A DNA stretch of 64,000 nucleotides from Planctomycetota bacterium. Lineage in GTDB: Bacteria > Planctomycetota > UBA1135 > UBA2386. The notes under the pieces were generated by a model. The model saw only the letters and a program-made list of their open reading frames with translations, was not told the origin of the DNA and did no database searches. Positions 41,405 to 50,367 of this stretch are shown here, piece by piece (within the stretch, counting starts at the first letter, position 1; the number at the start of each line of letters is the position of its first letter). Location: assembly GCA_965228735.1 (NCBI GenBank), contig OZ245838.1:5760001-5824000 (forward strand), written 5' to 3'. The position numbers were made by a program, and so were the translations under genes.

Positions 41405-41408
<4 letters not shown>
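40506..41408 (-). CDS. map: type II methionine aminopeptidase
   Basis: PAFP..S.NHIAAHY; metal ligands in KLDCG, VTDNA, NLCGH, CEPF and AQFEHT; helical insert LPFARRDL...YPPLCE typical of type II; GTG start overlaps the kbl stop. Confidence 0.9.
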
Positions 41409-42592
<1,184 letters not shown>

Positions 42593-42706
42593 CGTCTGGG
42601 TCGTGGCCCGCGGTGGCGGGCCGGGCATTCTGCGGCTAGAACCGGAGCAACGCCACACATGAGAGGGCCCATGGCAGGGATGTCGACGAAGAATCGAGGC
42701 GGTCAC

Positions 42707-43156
42707 GTGCCGATCCGCCAGAACCCAATCGGTCCAGGACTGATCGGCCAGAACGCGCGCGGCGCAACCGTCGCGCTCGCGCTTTTCTGGCTGTGGGCCG
42801 CGGCCTGCAGTTCGGCGCCGGCGCCGGTGCCGCCGCTGCAGCCGCGCCCGGTGGTCGAACTCGAGCGCTGGGAGGCGCGCGACGGCGATCGGCTGCTCGG
42901 CAACCTCGTCGAGTTCGAGATCCAGGACCCGGCCGCTCCCGTGCGTTTCTACCAGATCGAGGACGCGGCGGGCCGCATCGTCGGCTCGGCCACGGCCAGC
43001 CGCCGGTTCAGCCGGCGCGTGCCGTTCCAGGACGAAGAGCAGGACGTCGGCGTCTGGTCGCTCGCGAGCGGCGTGGCCCGCCTGTTCGAATTGCCCGCGG
43101 GGCGAACGGTGAAGCTCACGGCCATTCCGGTCGAGGCCGACGCGCGCAAGCGATGA
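42707..43156 (+). CDS. hypothetical lipoprotein
   Basis: GAGG upstream of GTG; hydrophobic stretch ending AAAC; stop overlaps the next ATG. Start uncertain. Confidence 0.6.
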   Translation: MPIRQNPIGPGLIGQNARGATVALALFWLWAAACSSAPAPVPPLQPRPVVELERWEARDGDRLLGNLVEFEIQDPAAPVRFYQIEDAAGRIVGSATASRRFSRRVPFQDEEQDVGVWSLASGVARLFELPAGRTVKLTAIPVEADARKR

Positions 43157-43599
43157 GTGACGGTGGGATGGATGACGGGTCGGCCGGCGGCGAGTCGATC
43201 GGCGGTGAGGCTGTCGGCGGGAAGGACCGCGAACTGCAGCAGGCGTTCGTCGACAAGGTCGGCGTGCGCGGCGCGCAGCGGCACATCTTCCTCTGCAGCG
43301 ACCAGACCAAGCCCAAGTGCTGCGACCGCGACGCCGGGCTCGCCGCCTGGGACTACCTCAAGCGCCGACTCAAGGAGCTCGGACTCAGCGAGGCCGGCGG
43401 CGTGCTGCGCACCAAGGCCAACTGCCTGCGGATCTGCCACGGCGGCCCGGTCGCGGTCGTCTACCCCGAGGGTGCCTGGTACGGCGGCTGCACCGCGGAC
43501 GTGCTCGAGGAGATCATCCAGCGGCACCTCATCGGCGGCGAGATCGTGCGCGAGCACCTCGTGGCCGAACGCCGGCTGGATGCGGGGCCCCCGAACTGA
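43153..43599 (+). CDS. thioredoxin-like [2Fe-2S] ferredoxin
   Basis: RHIFLC....[29 protein letters not shown]. Confidence 0.92.
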   Translation: MSDGGMDDGSAGGESIGGEAVGGKDRELQQAFVDKVGVRGAQRHIFLCSDQTKPKCCDRDAGLAAWDYLKRRLKELGLSEAGGVLRTKANCLRICHGGPVAVVYPEGAWYGGCTADVLEEIIQRHLIGGEIVREHLVAERRLDAGPPN

Positions 43600-43689
43600 G
43601 TCTTCGGGCCGGCCGAGCAGGAGGGGGCTACGTTCTGTCCGTTCCACGCCTCGCCTGCGGCGGGCGCGCGTCCTAAGGTGTCCGCCCCG

Positions 43690-44178
43690 ATGAGCGACAG
43701 CACCCTGGAGCCCCGTCCCGTCTCGGCCAGCAAGGTCGAGATGACCGAGATCGTCTTCCCCAACGACACCAACCCGCTCGGCAACGTGATGGGCGGGCGC
43801 GTCATGCAGTGGCTCGACATCGCGGCCGCCGTCGCCGCGGGGCGCCACGCGCGCACCCCGGTCGTGACCGCGAGCGTCGACAACGTCGATTTCCACAACC
43901 CGGTTCCGTCGGGCGGCGTCGTCATCCTGCTCGCGTCCGTGAACTTCACGGGGCGAACATCGATGGAGGTCGGGGTGAAGATGTTCTGGGAGGAACGCGC
44001 GACCGGCAACCGGATCCACGTCGTGTCCGCGTATCTCACGTTCGTGTCGCTGAGCCCCGAGACGAAGAAGCCGCGGGAAGTGCCGCCCGTGTTGCCGGAG
44101 AGCGACGAGGAGAAGCGGCGCTTCGCCGAAGGGCAGAAGCGGCGGCAGCAGCGGTTGGCCGAACGGAAGAAGACGTAG
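43690..44178 (+). CDS. acyl-CoA thioesterase (HotDog, YciA-like)
   Basis: IVFPNDTNPLGNVMGGRVMQWLD, VVTASVD, GRTSMEV. Confidence 0.93.
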   Translation: MSDSTLEPRPVSASKVEMTEIVFPNDTNPLGNVMGGRVMQWLDIAAAVAAGRHARTPVVTASVDNVDFHNPVPSGGVVILLASVNFTGRTSMEVGVKMFWEERATGNRIHVVSAYLTFVSLSPETKKPREVPPVLPESDEEKRRFAEGQKRRQQRLAERKKT

Positions 44179-44191
44179 CCGCTGCGAGCCG

Positions 44192-44641
44192 GTGATCCGC
44201 GCCGGGCTGTTGTGCCTGCCCGTGTTGGGCTGCGTCGGGGTGCCGGCGCCGGTGGACGACCCGCTCGCGTGCTTCGCCGAGCACTACGAAGTCGCGAAGT
44301 CGTTGCTCGCGAACGCTGCCAAGAGCGAGGGGCGCATCGGTCTCGTGGACCTGCGCGTCGCACGCGTTGGGTCGTGGTCGAGCCACGTGGTCTGCCGCGC
44401 GGAGCAAGCGTGCGAGGCACTGGGGATCGCCGCGGGCGAAACGGTGCAGCTCGAATGCAACGCGGAGCTCGCCGAGTCCGAGGGCAAGAGACCGCGCGGC
44501 TCCGAGAACTGGAGGGTGGGCGACGTGAACCGTTGCGTCGTCCGCCGCCACGACCTGGTTCCAGACCTCTACTACCGGTTCTGGGTGATCCTCGCCGCGG
44601 ACCCGACCGCGGTCGCCGAGGCTGGCCGGTTCCCAGATTGA
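44192..44641 (+). CDS. hypothetical protein (possible lipoprotein)
   Basis: GTG start, VLGC lipobox-like; fills the gap between neighbouring genes. Confidence 0.5.
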   Translation: MIRAGLLCLPVLGCVGVPAPVDDPLACFAEHYEVAKSLLANAAKSEGRIGLVDLRVARVGSWSSHVVCRAEQACEALGIAAGETVQLECNAELAESEGKRPRGSENWRVGDVNRCVVRRHDLVPDLYYRFWVILAADPTAVAEAGRFPD

Positions 44642-44746
44642 CGAGTTCCCGGTGCGGGCGGGAGGGGGCGCCCCTCGTTCGATGCCGGCACCTGCGAGGT
44701 AGAGCTGCCGATCGTTCTGCCGAGCGTGCGGTATGCTGCGTCTTGG

Positions 44747-45271
44747 ATGTCGCCGGAAGACGTGAAGAATCAGATCGCGCACGCGTTCGCAGACGGGGAG
44801 TATCCCGGCGATCAGCGCCTGGCCGGCTCCATCGAGGGCGACGAACCCGCGCTGCTGGCTAGCGAGTTCCGGGGCAAGACCGACTGGCGGGCGTTGGATG
44901 CGGCGTTTCTCGACGAGGCGCCCGACGGCTTCTCGTCCGCCCTCAGCTTCTTCTCGGACGAGGCGTTTCGCTTCTTTCTGCCGGCATACCTGATCGCGAG
45001 TGTCGATGAGCAGCTCGAGAGCGTCGAACCGGTCTTTCATCTCATTCACGGCCTGACGAACGCCAGTCGCGACGAGCTGGTCAATCCGAGGCGCTACGGT
45101 GACCAGACCTGGTTCGATGCGCGGGCGGCCAGGTTTGCCGCGTTCAACGTTGCGGAATCACAGGCAGTTGTGGCGTACCTGCGCTTGATGCGGGCACGAG
45201 GCGCAGCCAATCGCAGAGAGATCGACGAGGCCTTGGCCAACTTCTGGGCCGCGAAGGCCGATGAGGCGTAG
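44747..45271 (+). CDS. DUF6714-like protein
   Basis: I..AF....YPGD...DW......ALSFFSDEAFRFFLPAYL pattern recalled for this family; TATGCT upstream. Confidence 0.65.
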   Translation: MSPEDVKNQIAHAFADGEYPGDQRLAGSIEGDEPALLASEFRGKTDWRALDAAFLDEAPDGFSSALSFFSDEAFRFFLPAYLIASVDEQLESVEPVFHLIHGLTNASRDELVNPRRYGDQTWFDARAARFAAFNVAESQAVVAYLRLMRARGAANRREIDEALANFWAAKADEA

Positions 45272-45333
45272 CAACGTCGGGCTCGCCGCTCGGCACGAAG
45301 CGAAGCCTGCGGTCAGGCTCTACGATCGAGTCG

Positions 45334-45705
45334 ATGACGACGCGATTCGTGACTTGGGCCTTGTGGCTGATTCCGCTCGGCGCGTGCGCGACGCGTCCGC
45401 CCGATCAATGGCCCGGCCAGGATGAGATGACGGACTGCACGTTGCTCGACCTCGCTGATTCGGGTCGCTACGAAGGCCGCGACTCCAGTTTCTTCTACGA
45501 TCCGCCGACGGACCTGGACGCGGTGATCTGGGCTCACATCTGTCGACAGATGATCGATCGGGGTGATACGGCCGAGACGATCTCGAACGAACTCTCGGTA
45601 GACGGTTGGCTGATCCGCCTCGTCAACCGGTCGCTCGTCCTCGTCGTCTACCACGGCGAGCACCAGGTCCCGGATGGCGAGCGCGTCTGGCTGGTCCGCT
45701 TGTAG
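45334..45705 (+). CDS. hypothetical lipoprotein
   Basis: LGAC lipobox; TACGAT 7 nt upstream. Confidence 0.6.
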   Translation: MTTRFVTWALWLIPLGACATRPPDQWPGQDEMTDCTLLDLADSGRYEGRDSSFFYDPPTDLDAVIWAHICRQMIDRGDTAETISNELSVDGWLIRLVNRSLVLVVYHGEHQVPDGERVWLVRL

Positions 45706-45781
45706 CGGCGGCAATGGCGGTGAGCGCCGGCGACGGCGTCGTCTTGCATCCCCTTCCCGGCGAAGCGCTATGATCGACCCC

Positions 45782-46706
45782 ATGGAGGCAGCATTTCGGG
45801 CAACCGCGGCTGGAGTTCTGCTGGCAAGCATGACGGCGGCGCAGGGCCTGCAGTTCGCGTCGGAGATCGTCACCCCGAACAGCACCCGGGCGTGTGGTGG
45901 GGGCGGCAGCTGCCTGGTGCATCCAGTCGGGCCGGTCGGGTTTCCGGTCTTCTACTACGAGAGCAGCAGCGGTCTCGGGACGCTTGCGCTCGATCGCGTT
46001 GACGGCCTGTTTTGGTCGCGAGCATCAGCTGCGAGCTATCAGCATGCCGCCGGCGGCGAGTCCGAAGTGTTGACCACCTTGACCTCGGCGCTTCCCGCGC
46101 GCGTGCAGCTGCTCGTCACGCACGTCTATTCGCCGGGCCAGCTCGCGTTCGCCGCTCATCATGTGGAAGCCAGCATCGACATTGGCAACGACGGCGCGGT
46201 CGAGCTCATGGAGCCAGAACTCCTCGGTGCCGACGACGTCCTTCGGCGTGCATGTGGACCAACGGGGAACGGGCGTACTCTGGAGCAACTACAGCGGCGG
46301 GTTCGCGATCCATGCGGCCCCGTCTTCCCTGCTCGAACTCGACTTCGTCGACCCTGTGCGGGAGCCTGCGTACGGTCCGAGTTGCGTTGGTGAGCTCGGT
46401 TGCCAGCACGGCAGTGCGCCCTTCGAGCGCGTGTTCGTCGCATCGTTCCCGGGTGACACCACGTTGGCATGGCTGATGGGCGGCACCCAGCAGTGGCACG
46501 TGCAGTTTCCGAACTTCTACTGCCCGTTGCTCGTCGAGCCGCAGTTCATCCTCGGGGTGCCACTGGTCGACGGCCCGAACGGCCGCAAGTTCGTCGACTT
46601 CGAGGCCACGTTTCCCGCCGTTCCGGGGCTGACGTTCTATGCGCAGGGCATCGCGATCCGTGGCGGCACGTTCATCGGCACGAACGGCGTCGTGATCCAG
46701 ACATAG
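45782..46706 (+). pseudogene. secreted hypothetical protein split by a frameshift near 46208
   Basis: The first frame (signal peptide...SIDIGNDGAVEL) continues sensibly only in the +1 frame (WSQNSSVP...YGPSCVGEL...CPLLVEP...GLTFYAQG); could also be a sequence error. Confidence 0.65.
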
Positions 46707-46724
46707 CGGGAGATCGCGCTCCGA

Positions 46725-47228
46725 ATGCGTTGCCTCAACTCGAGCCGGGTCTCGCCGCCGACGGACGAGCCAGCGAACAAACTCGCGATCGTCGCGAGCG
46801 TGACCATTGCTATCGGTCTGGCGTGGGTGGGGGTGTGCTGCCTCGACCATGTGCGGCGGTTCGGCCTCTTGGGGCAGCGAGCTGAAGTCGTGCGAGTTCG
46901 TTCTTCCTCGGGGATCGAGGCGGCGGTCATCGAGTGGGACAACGGTGCAACTTCGGATGTCGGTCACGAGGTTCATGTGGCTTGGGCGGAGGGGTCGGCG
47001 CACGTCGCGAGCCTGTATGTGGCGCATCTGAACGAGCGCGGTCGCGGTGTCGTCTGCCGTTGGCAGGGGGACACCCTCGTGATCGAGTACTGGCGAGCCG
47101 TTCGGGCCGAGCGACTCCGGGAAACCGTCGAGGTTGGTGACCGTGAGGTTCGAGTCGTGCTGGCGGACAATCGCTACCAGGAAGGTCCCGCAGGCAAGAT
47201 GGTCGAATGGGCCACCGAGCAGCGGTAG
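46725..47228 (+). CDS. hypothetical membrane-anchored protein
   Basis: GGGAG upstream, one TM helix, fills the gap. Confidence 0.5.
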   Translation: MRCLNSSRVSPPTDEPANKLAIVASVTIAIGLAWVGVCCLDHVRRFGLLGQRAEVVRVRSSSGIEAAVIEWDNGATSDVGHEVHVAWAEGSAHVASLYVAHLNERGRGVVCRWQGDTLVIEYWRAVRAERLRETVEVGDREVRVVLADNRYQEGPAGKMVEWATEQR

Positions 47229-47250
47229 GCCATCCCGTGAGAGAACTGAC

Positions 47251-48129
47251 ATGACGAGGCAGCTGCAACGAGCAGTTCTGTGGATCGCGCTCTTGGGGAC
47301 GGGCTGTGTGCCGGTTCGCGATGGCGGCGACGCCGAGCCGTTGGCCGGATTCAGGGATGCGGGCCGCTTCGTTCCGATCGGGATGGAAAGCTTGGTCGTC
47401 GATCGCGGCTCGTCGTGGCTCGCGGGCTCGGGCAGCGAGTTGGCGGCTGGCGCGAAGTGCAAGGCCGTCTGGGCAGCGCGTGACTTCGAGTCACCGGTAG
47501 GTTTGGTCGGTGCTGGCGCGGCCAGTTCCGTCCATGTCCTGGACTTCGAACATGGCGGCGCCGCTGCCCACTTCGCGCGCCGCATACGCGCTCACGAGCG
47601 TGCTGGCAACGTGGTCCAGCCAACGTCGGTCCGCGAGCAGCCTTGCTGGCACATCACGACCGCGGGGAACGGGCTGAACGAGTGGCTCTGCGTCGTCGAC
47701 GACCGCTTCGTCGTGCAGGCGTCGGGTCGCGACGAGTTGGCGGCTGCGCTCACTCGGCCCGGCGGCCTCGACGCGGGCCTCGCGGCGTTCGGCGACCAGC
47801 AGTTCCTGCCGACGGACTTCATGCTGGCGATGTTCTTGCTGCCGCGGCGGCCGGTGGACGACGGCTTGAGCCTCCCAACACCGCGCGAGCCGCTGGTGTT
47901 CACGCTGTCGTCGACACCGCGGCGGTTGGCAATGTTCTGGCGCGCCGGTCCGGTTGATGCGCATCGCGACGTCGCTGCACAGCTGTGGTCGAATTCGGAT
48001 CCGGAGGTCGCGCAACGCGACGGTTGGCAGTGTCAGGATTGCGAGACGAAGGAGCAGGGACCGCTGCGAGACGCGCCCGGACTCACGTTGATGCTGCTGA
48101 CGTTCGCCGGTGTGCGGGTGATTTTCTGA
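47251..48129 (+). CDS. hypothetical lipoprotein
   Basis: MTRQLQRAVLWIALLGTGC signal with Cys; GAGAG upstream. Confidence 0.55.
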   Translation: MTRQLQRAVLWIALLGTGCVPVRDGGDAEPLAGFRDAGRFVPIGMESLVVDRGSSWLAGSGSELAAGAKCKAVWAARDFESPVGLVGAGAASSVHVLDFEHGGAAAHFARRIRAHERAGNVVQPTSVREQPCWHITTAGNGLNEWLCVVDDRFVVQASGRDELAAALTRPGGLDAGLAAFGDQQFLPTDFMLAMFLLPRRPVDDGLSLPTPREPLVFTLSSTPRRLAMFWRAGPVDAHRDVAAQLWSNSDPEVAQRDGWQCQDCETKEQGPLRDAPGLTLMLLTFAGVRVIF

Positions 48130-48250
48130 CGTGTATCGCGGCATCGCTGCGTTCCCGGGTGTGGGTGTGCCATTCGCACCGCTGGCTGGGGCACCGGATG
48201 CGCGCCATCGGGTTGACGGTTGCGGTCCCGTAGCGGATCGTCGATCCGTG

Positions 48251-48976
48251 ATGCGGTTCTGGCTGCGCCTCCTGCTGTCCCTGGTGCTCGTGGCCGCGCT
48301 TGGCATCGCTCTCCCCGTTCTCGCGATCCTTGGCCCCTGGTGGTTCTCGCGGTGGGGGCCCGACTTCACGCACCAGCCATCGCCGAACGGAGACTACGTC
48401 GTCGTCAGCGAGAGGTGGGGCAACGCGCTCGACGGATACATGAGGGTCTGGATCGCGGCGCGAGGCGACGAGCAGGACCAGGACCGTTGGACGAGGATCG
48501 CGCCGACGGTCGATGGCGGCTGGTCGGTGCGGTGGGCGGCCGCGAACCATGTTGTGTTGGTCGACCACGGGTCTGGTTACTCGCGTCGTCAGCCTTACGC
48601 GGAACAGCGATTCGGTGACGTTCGGATCGAAACCCGTGGACCGGGCTACGAGGACGTTCCGGTGGCGAGAGAAATGCCGCAGCGGGTTCACGTCCGTCTC
48701 GAGAGTGCGGCCCTGCCGAACTGGGGCGTCGGGCGCGGCAGCGAATGGCGGCTGACCCGGAAGATCCGCGTTCGCCGCGGCAGCCCGGTCGAACTCCTCC
48801 TCTCCTCTGACCGGGACTGTTCGTTCACCATCGAGGCGTTGCGTGTCAGCGAGGTCCTGCCGGCGGAGTGGCCGCAGATCGCCTGGTTCATGCCGACCAC
48901 GGTCGGCGAGTGGAACGTGGAGGCTCGCGTCGGTGGGATCCGCTGCGATGGAGTTCTGATCGTCGAGGCGCAGTAG
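48251..48976 (+). CDS. hypothetical membrane-anchored protein
   Basis: N-terminal hydrophobic helix, SPNGDYVVV beta-rich segment. Confidence 0.55.
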   Translation: MRFWLRLLLSLVLVAALGIALPVLAILGPWWFSRWGPDFTHQPSPNGDYVVVSERWGNALDGYMRVWIAARGDEQDQDRWTRIAPTVDGGWSVRWAAANHVVLVDHGSGYSRRQPYAEQRFGDVRIETRGPGYEDVPVAREMPQRVHVRLESAALPNWGVGRGSEWRLTRKIRVRRGSPVELLLSSDRDCSFTIEALRVSEVLPAEWPQIAWFMPTTVGEWNVEARVGGIRCDGVLIVEAQ

Positions 48977-49006
48977 GTGCTGATGCGTCGGTCGGGCTGC
49001 GATACG

Positions 49007-49123
49007 ATGAAGCGAGACCGCGCTGGAACGTGGATCCTGTGGTGTTACGTGATCCTGGTGTACGGCTGCTTCGCGGCCGTCGCGGGCTTCGTGATCTGGC
49101 TCGTGGGATTCAGCGGAGTGTAG
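49007..49123 (+). CDS. small (38 aa) single-TM protein
   Basis: MKRDRAGTWILWCYVILVYGCFAAVAGFVIWLVGFSGV; basic N-terminus, hydrophobic helix, GC3-rich codons; below the ORF-track cutoff. Confidence 0.5.
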   Translation: MKRDRAGTWILWCYVILVYGCFAAVAGFVIWLVGFSGV

Positions 49124-49263
49124 GAAGCGCGCATTGCCCGGCTGTGAAACGAGAGTGCGGCGTTTCGGATGGCGTCGGCAGTCGTCTCTTGCAGCCACGG
49201 GGCTCCGTTCACGCCATGGTGCGGTGGCATGCAAGGTTGCGCCTCACTCGGTAGGATGCTGGC

Positions 49264-49494
49264 ATGTCGGAGCTCAAGGCGCGCGTCAAGAACGGTCGGC
49301 TCGTCCTCGATGAGGCAACCGATCTGCCCGAGGGGACCGAGGTCGATCTCGTGCCGGCCGACTGGTGGGACGGTCTCTCGGATGATGATCGGCGCAAGCT
49401 GGAGTCCGCGCTTGCCAGATCGGAGGATGATGTTGCGAACGGGCGCGTGAGACCCGCAGCTGACGTTCTCCGCGGCCTCCGCCACAGAGCGTGA
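49264..49494 (+). CDS. putative antitoxin
   Basis: 76 aa; LKARVKNGRLVLDE..LPEGTEV.L N-terminus and L..AL.RS..D...GRV.PA..V C-terminus; overlaps the toxin start. Confidence 0.75.
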   Translation: MSELKARVKNGRLVLDEATDLPEGTEVDLVPADWWDGLSDDDRRKLESALARSEDDVANGRVRPAADVLRGLRHRA

Positions 49495-49808
49495 CGCAGC
49501 AACGCTGGGAGGTGTTGTTCGCAGCAACCGCTGAAGAGCAAGCGCGCACGATCGCGGACTGGTGGGAGGTGGAGCGGCCCGCCAACCCCGGCTTGTTCTT
49601 CGACGAACTCGTGGACGCCATCGACCGGCTCTCGGACTTTCCAGGGACAGGCGCGTCTGTCGATTCCACCGTGCTCGAGGGTGTCAAACGGATCCTCCTG
49701 CCTGGAAGCCGATACCACGTCTACTACACGATGGAAGCCGATCGACGTGAGGTTCTGATCCGCGCCATCTGGCACGGCTCACGCGGTCAGCTGCCCGAGC
49801 TCGGTTGA
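49491..49808 (+). CDS. RelE/ParE-family toxin
   Basis: V.F...A..Q...I..WW, F.DEL..AI.RL.DFP..G, YHVYY, V.I.AIWHGSR. Confidence 0.85.
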   Translation: MTQQRWEVLFAATAEEQARTIADWWEVERPANPGLFFDELVDAIDRLSDFPGTGASVDSTVLEGVKRILLPGSRYHVYYTMEADRREVLIRAIWHGSRGQLPELG

Positions 49809-49895
49809 GGGCGGCAGATCGATGTCGATTGCGGGTCACAGGGGCGGAAGAGGCGGCGACTCGTTCGACGGATCCCATTCGATCCCTCCATCTCG

Positions 49896-50119
49896 TTGAT
49901 CAACGACAGCGCGGGCTCGGCGGTCCGGATCGCGTTCTTGTTAGTAGTGCCGCATCCCCGGAGTCGGCGTTCACCCTACGGCCAGAAGTACGACGTTCGC
50001 GGTAGGCTGGTGGGGCCCAGTGGCCGGAGAGCAGTGGCCGGAGCGCATTCGTTATTTCCGGGTGGATCATCCTCCGCGGGACCCGGGTGCCCAGATTCGT
50101 GACCGCATTCCCCTCATAG
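49896..50119 (+). pseudogene. decayed DUF6883-like gene upstream of DUF4926
   Basis: SPYGQKYDVRGRLVGPSGR followed, after a 14-bp insertion, by SAFVISGWIILRGTRVPRFVTAFPS*; stop abuts the DUF4926 ATG; 5' boundary uncertain. Confidence 0.7.
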
Positions 50120-50356
50120 ATGATGCAGTTCCACAAGCTCGATACGGTCGTTCTCGATCGCGACCTGCCCGACCACGGGCTGCGCCGTGGTGACCTAGGC
50201 GCGGTCATCGAGGTCTACGAGCCCGATGCCCTGGAGGTCGAGTTCGTTGCTGCATCGGGCAGGGCCGGGGCGCTCGTGACGCTCGCGATCGACGACGTTC
50301 GAGCGATCGCGCCGGAGGACCGGCTCGCGGTTCGGCCCGGCGACCGGCCGGTGTAG
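50120..50356 (+). CDS. DUF4926 domain protein
   Basis: F..LDTVVL.RDLP.HGL..GDLGAVIEVY....LEVEFV..SG. Confidence 0.88.
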   Translation: MMQFHKLDTVVLDRDLPDHGLRRGDLGAVIEVYEPDALEVEFVAASGRAGALVTLAIDDVRAIAPEDRLAVRPGDRPV

Positions 50357-50367
50357 CTGGCCACGCG

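Noticed and set aside
45262..45320. Possible attC site after the DUF6714-like gene (CAAC...GTCAGGC)
   Set aside because: No proper RYYYAAC/GTTRRRY pair and no L-box complementarity could be identified.
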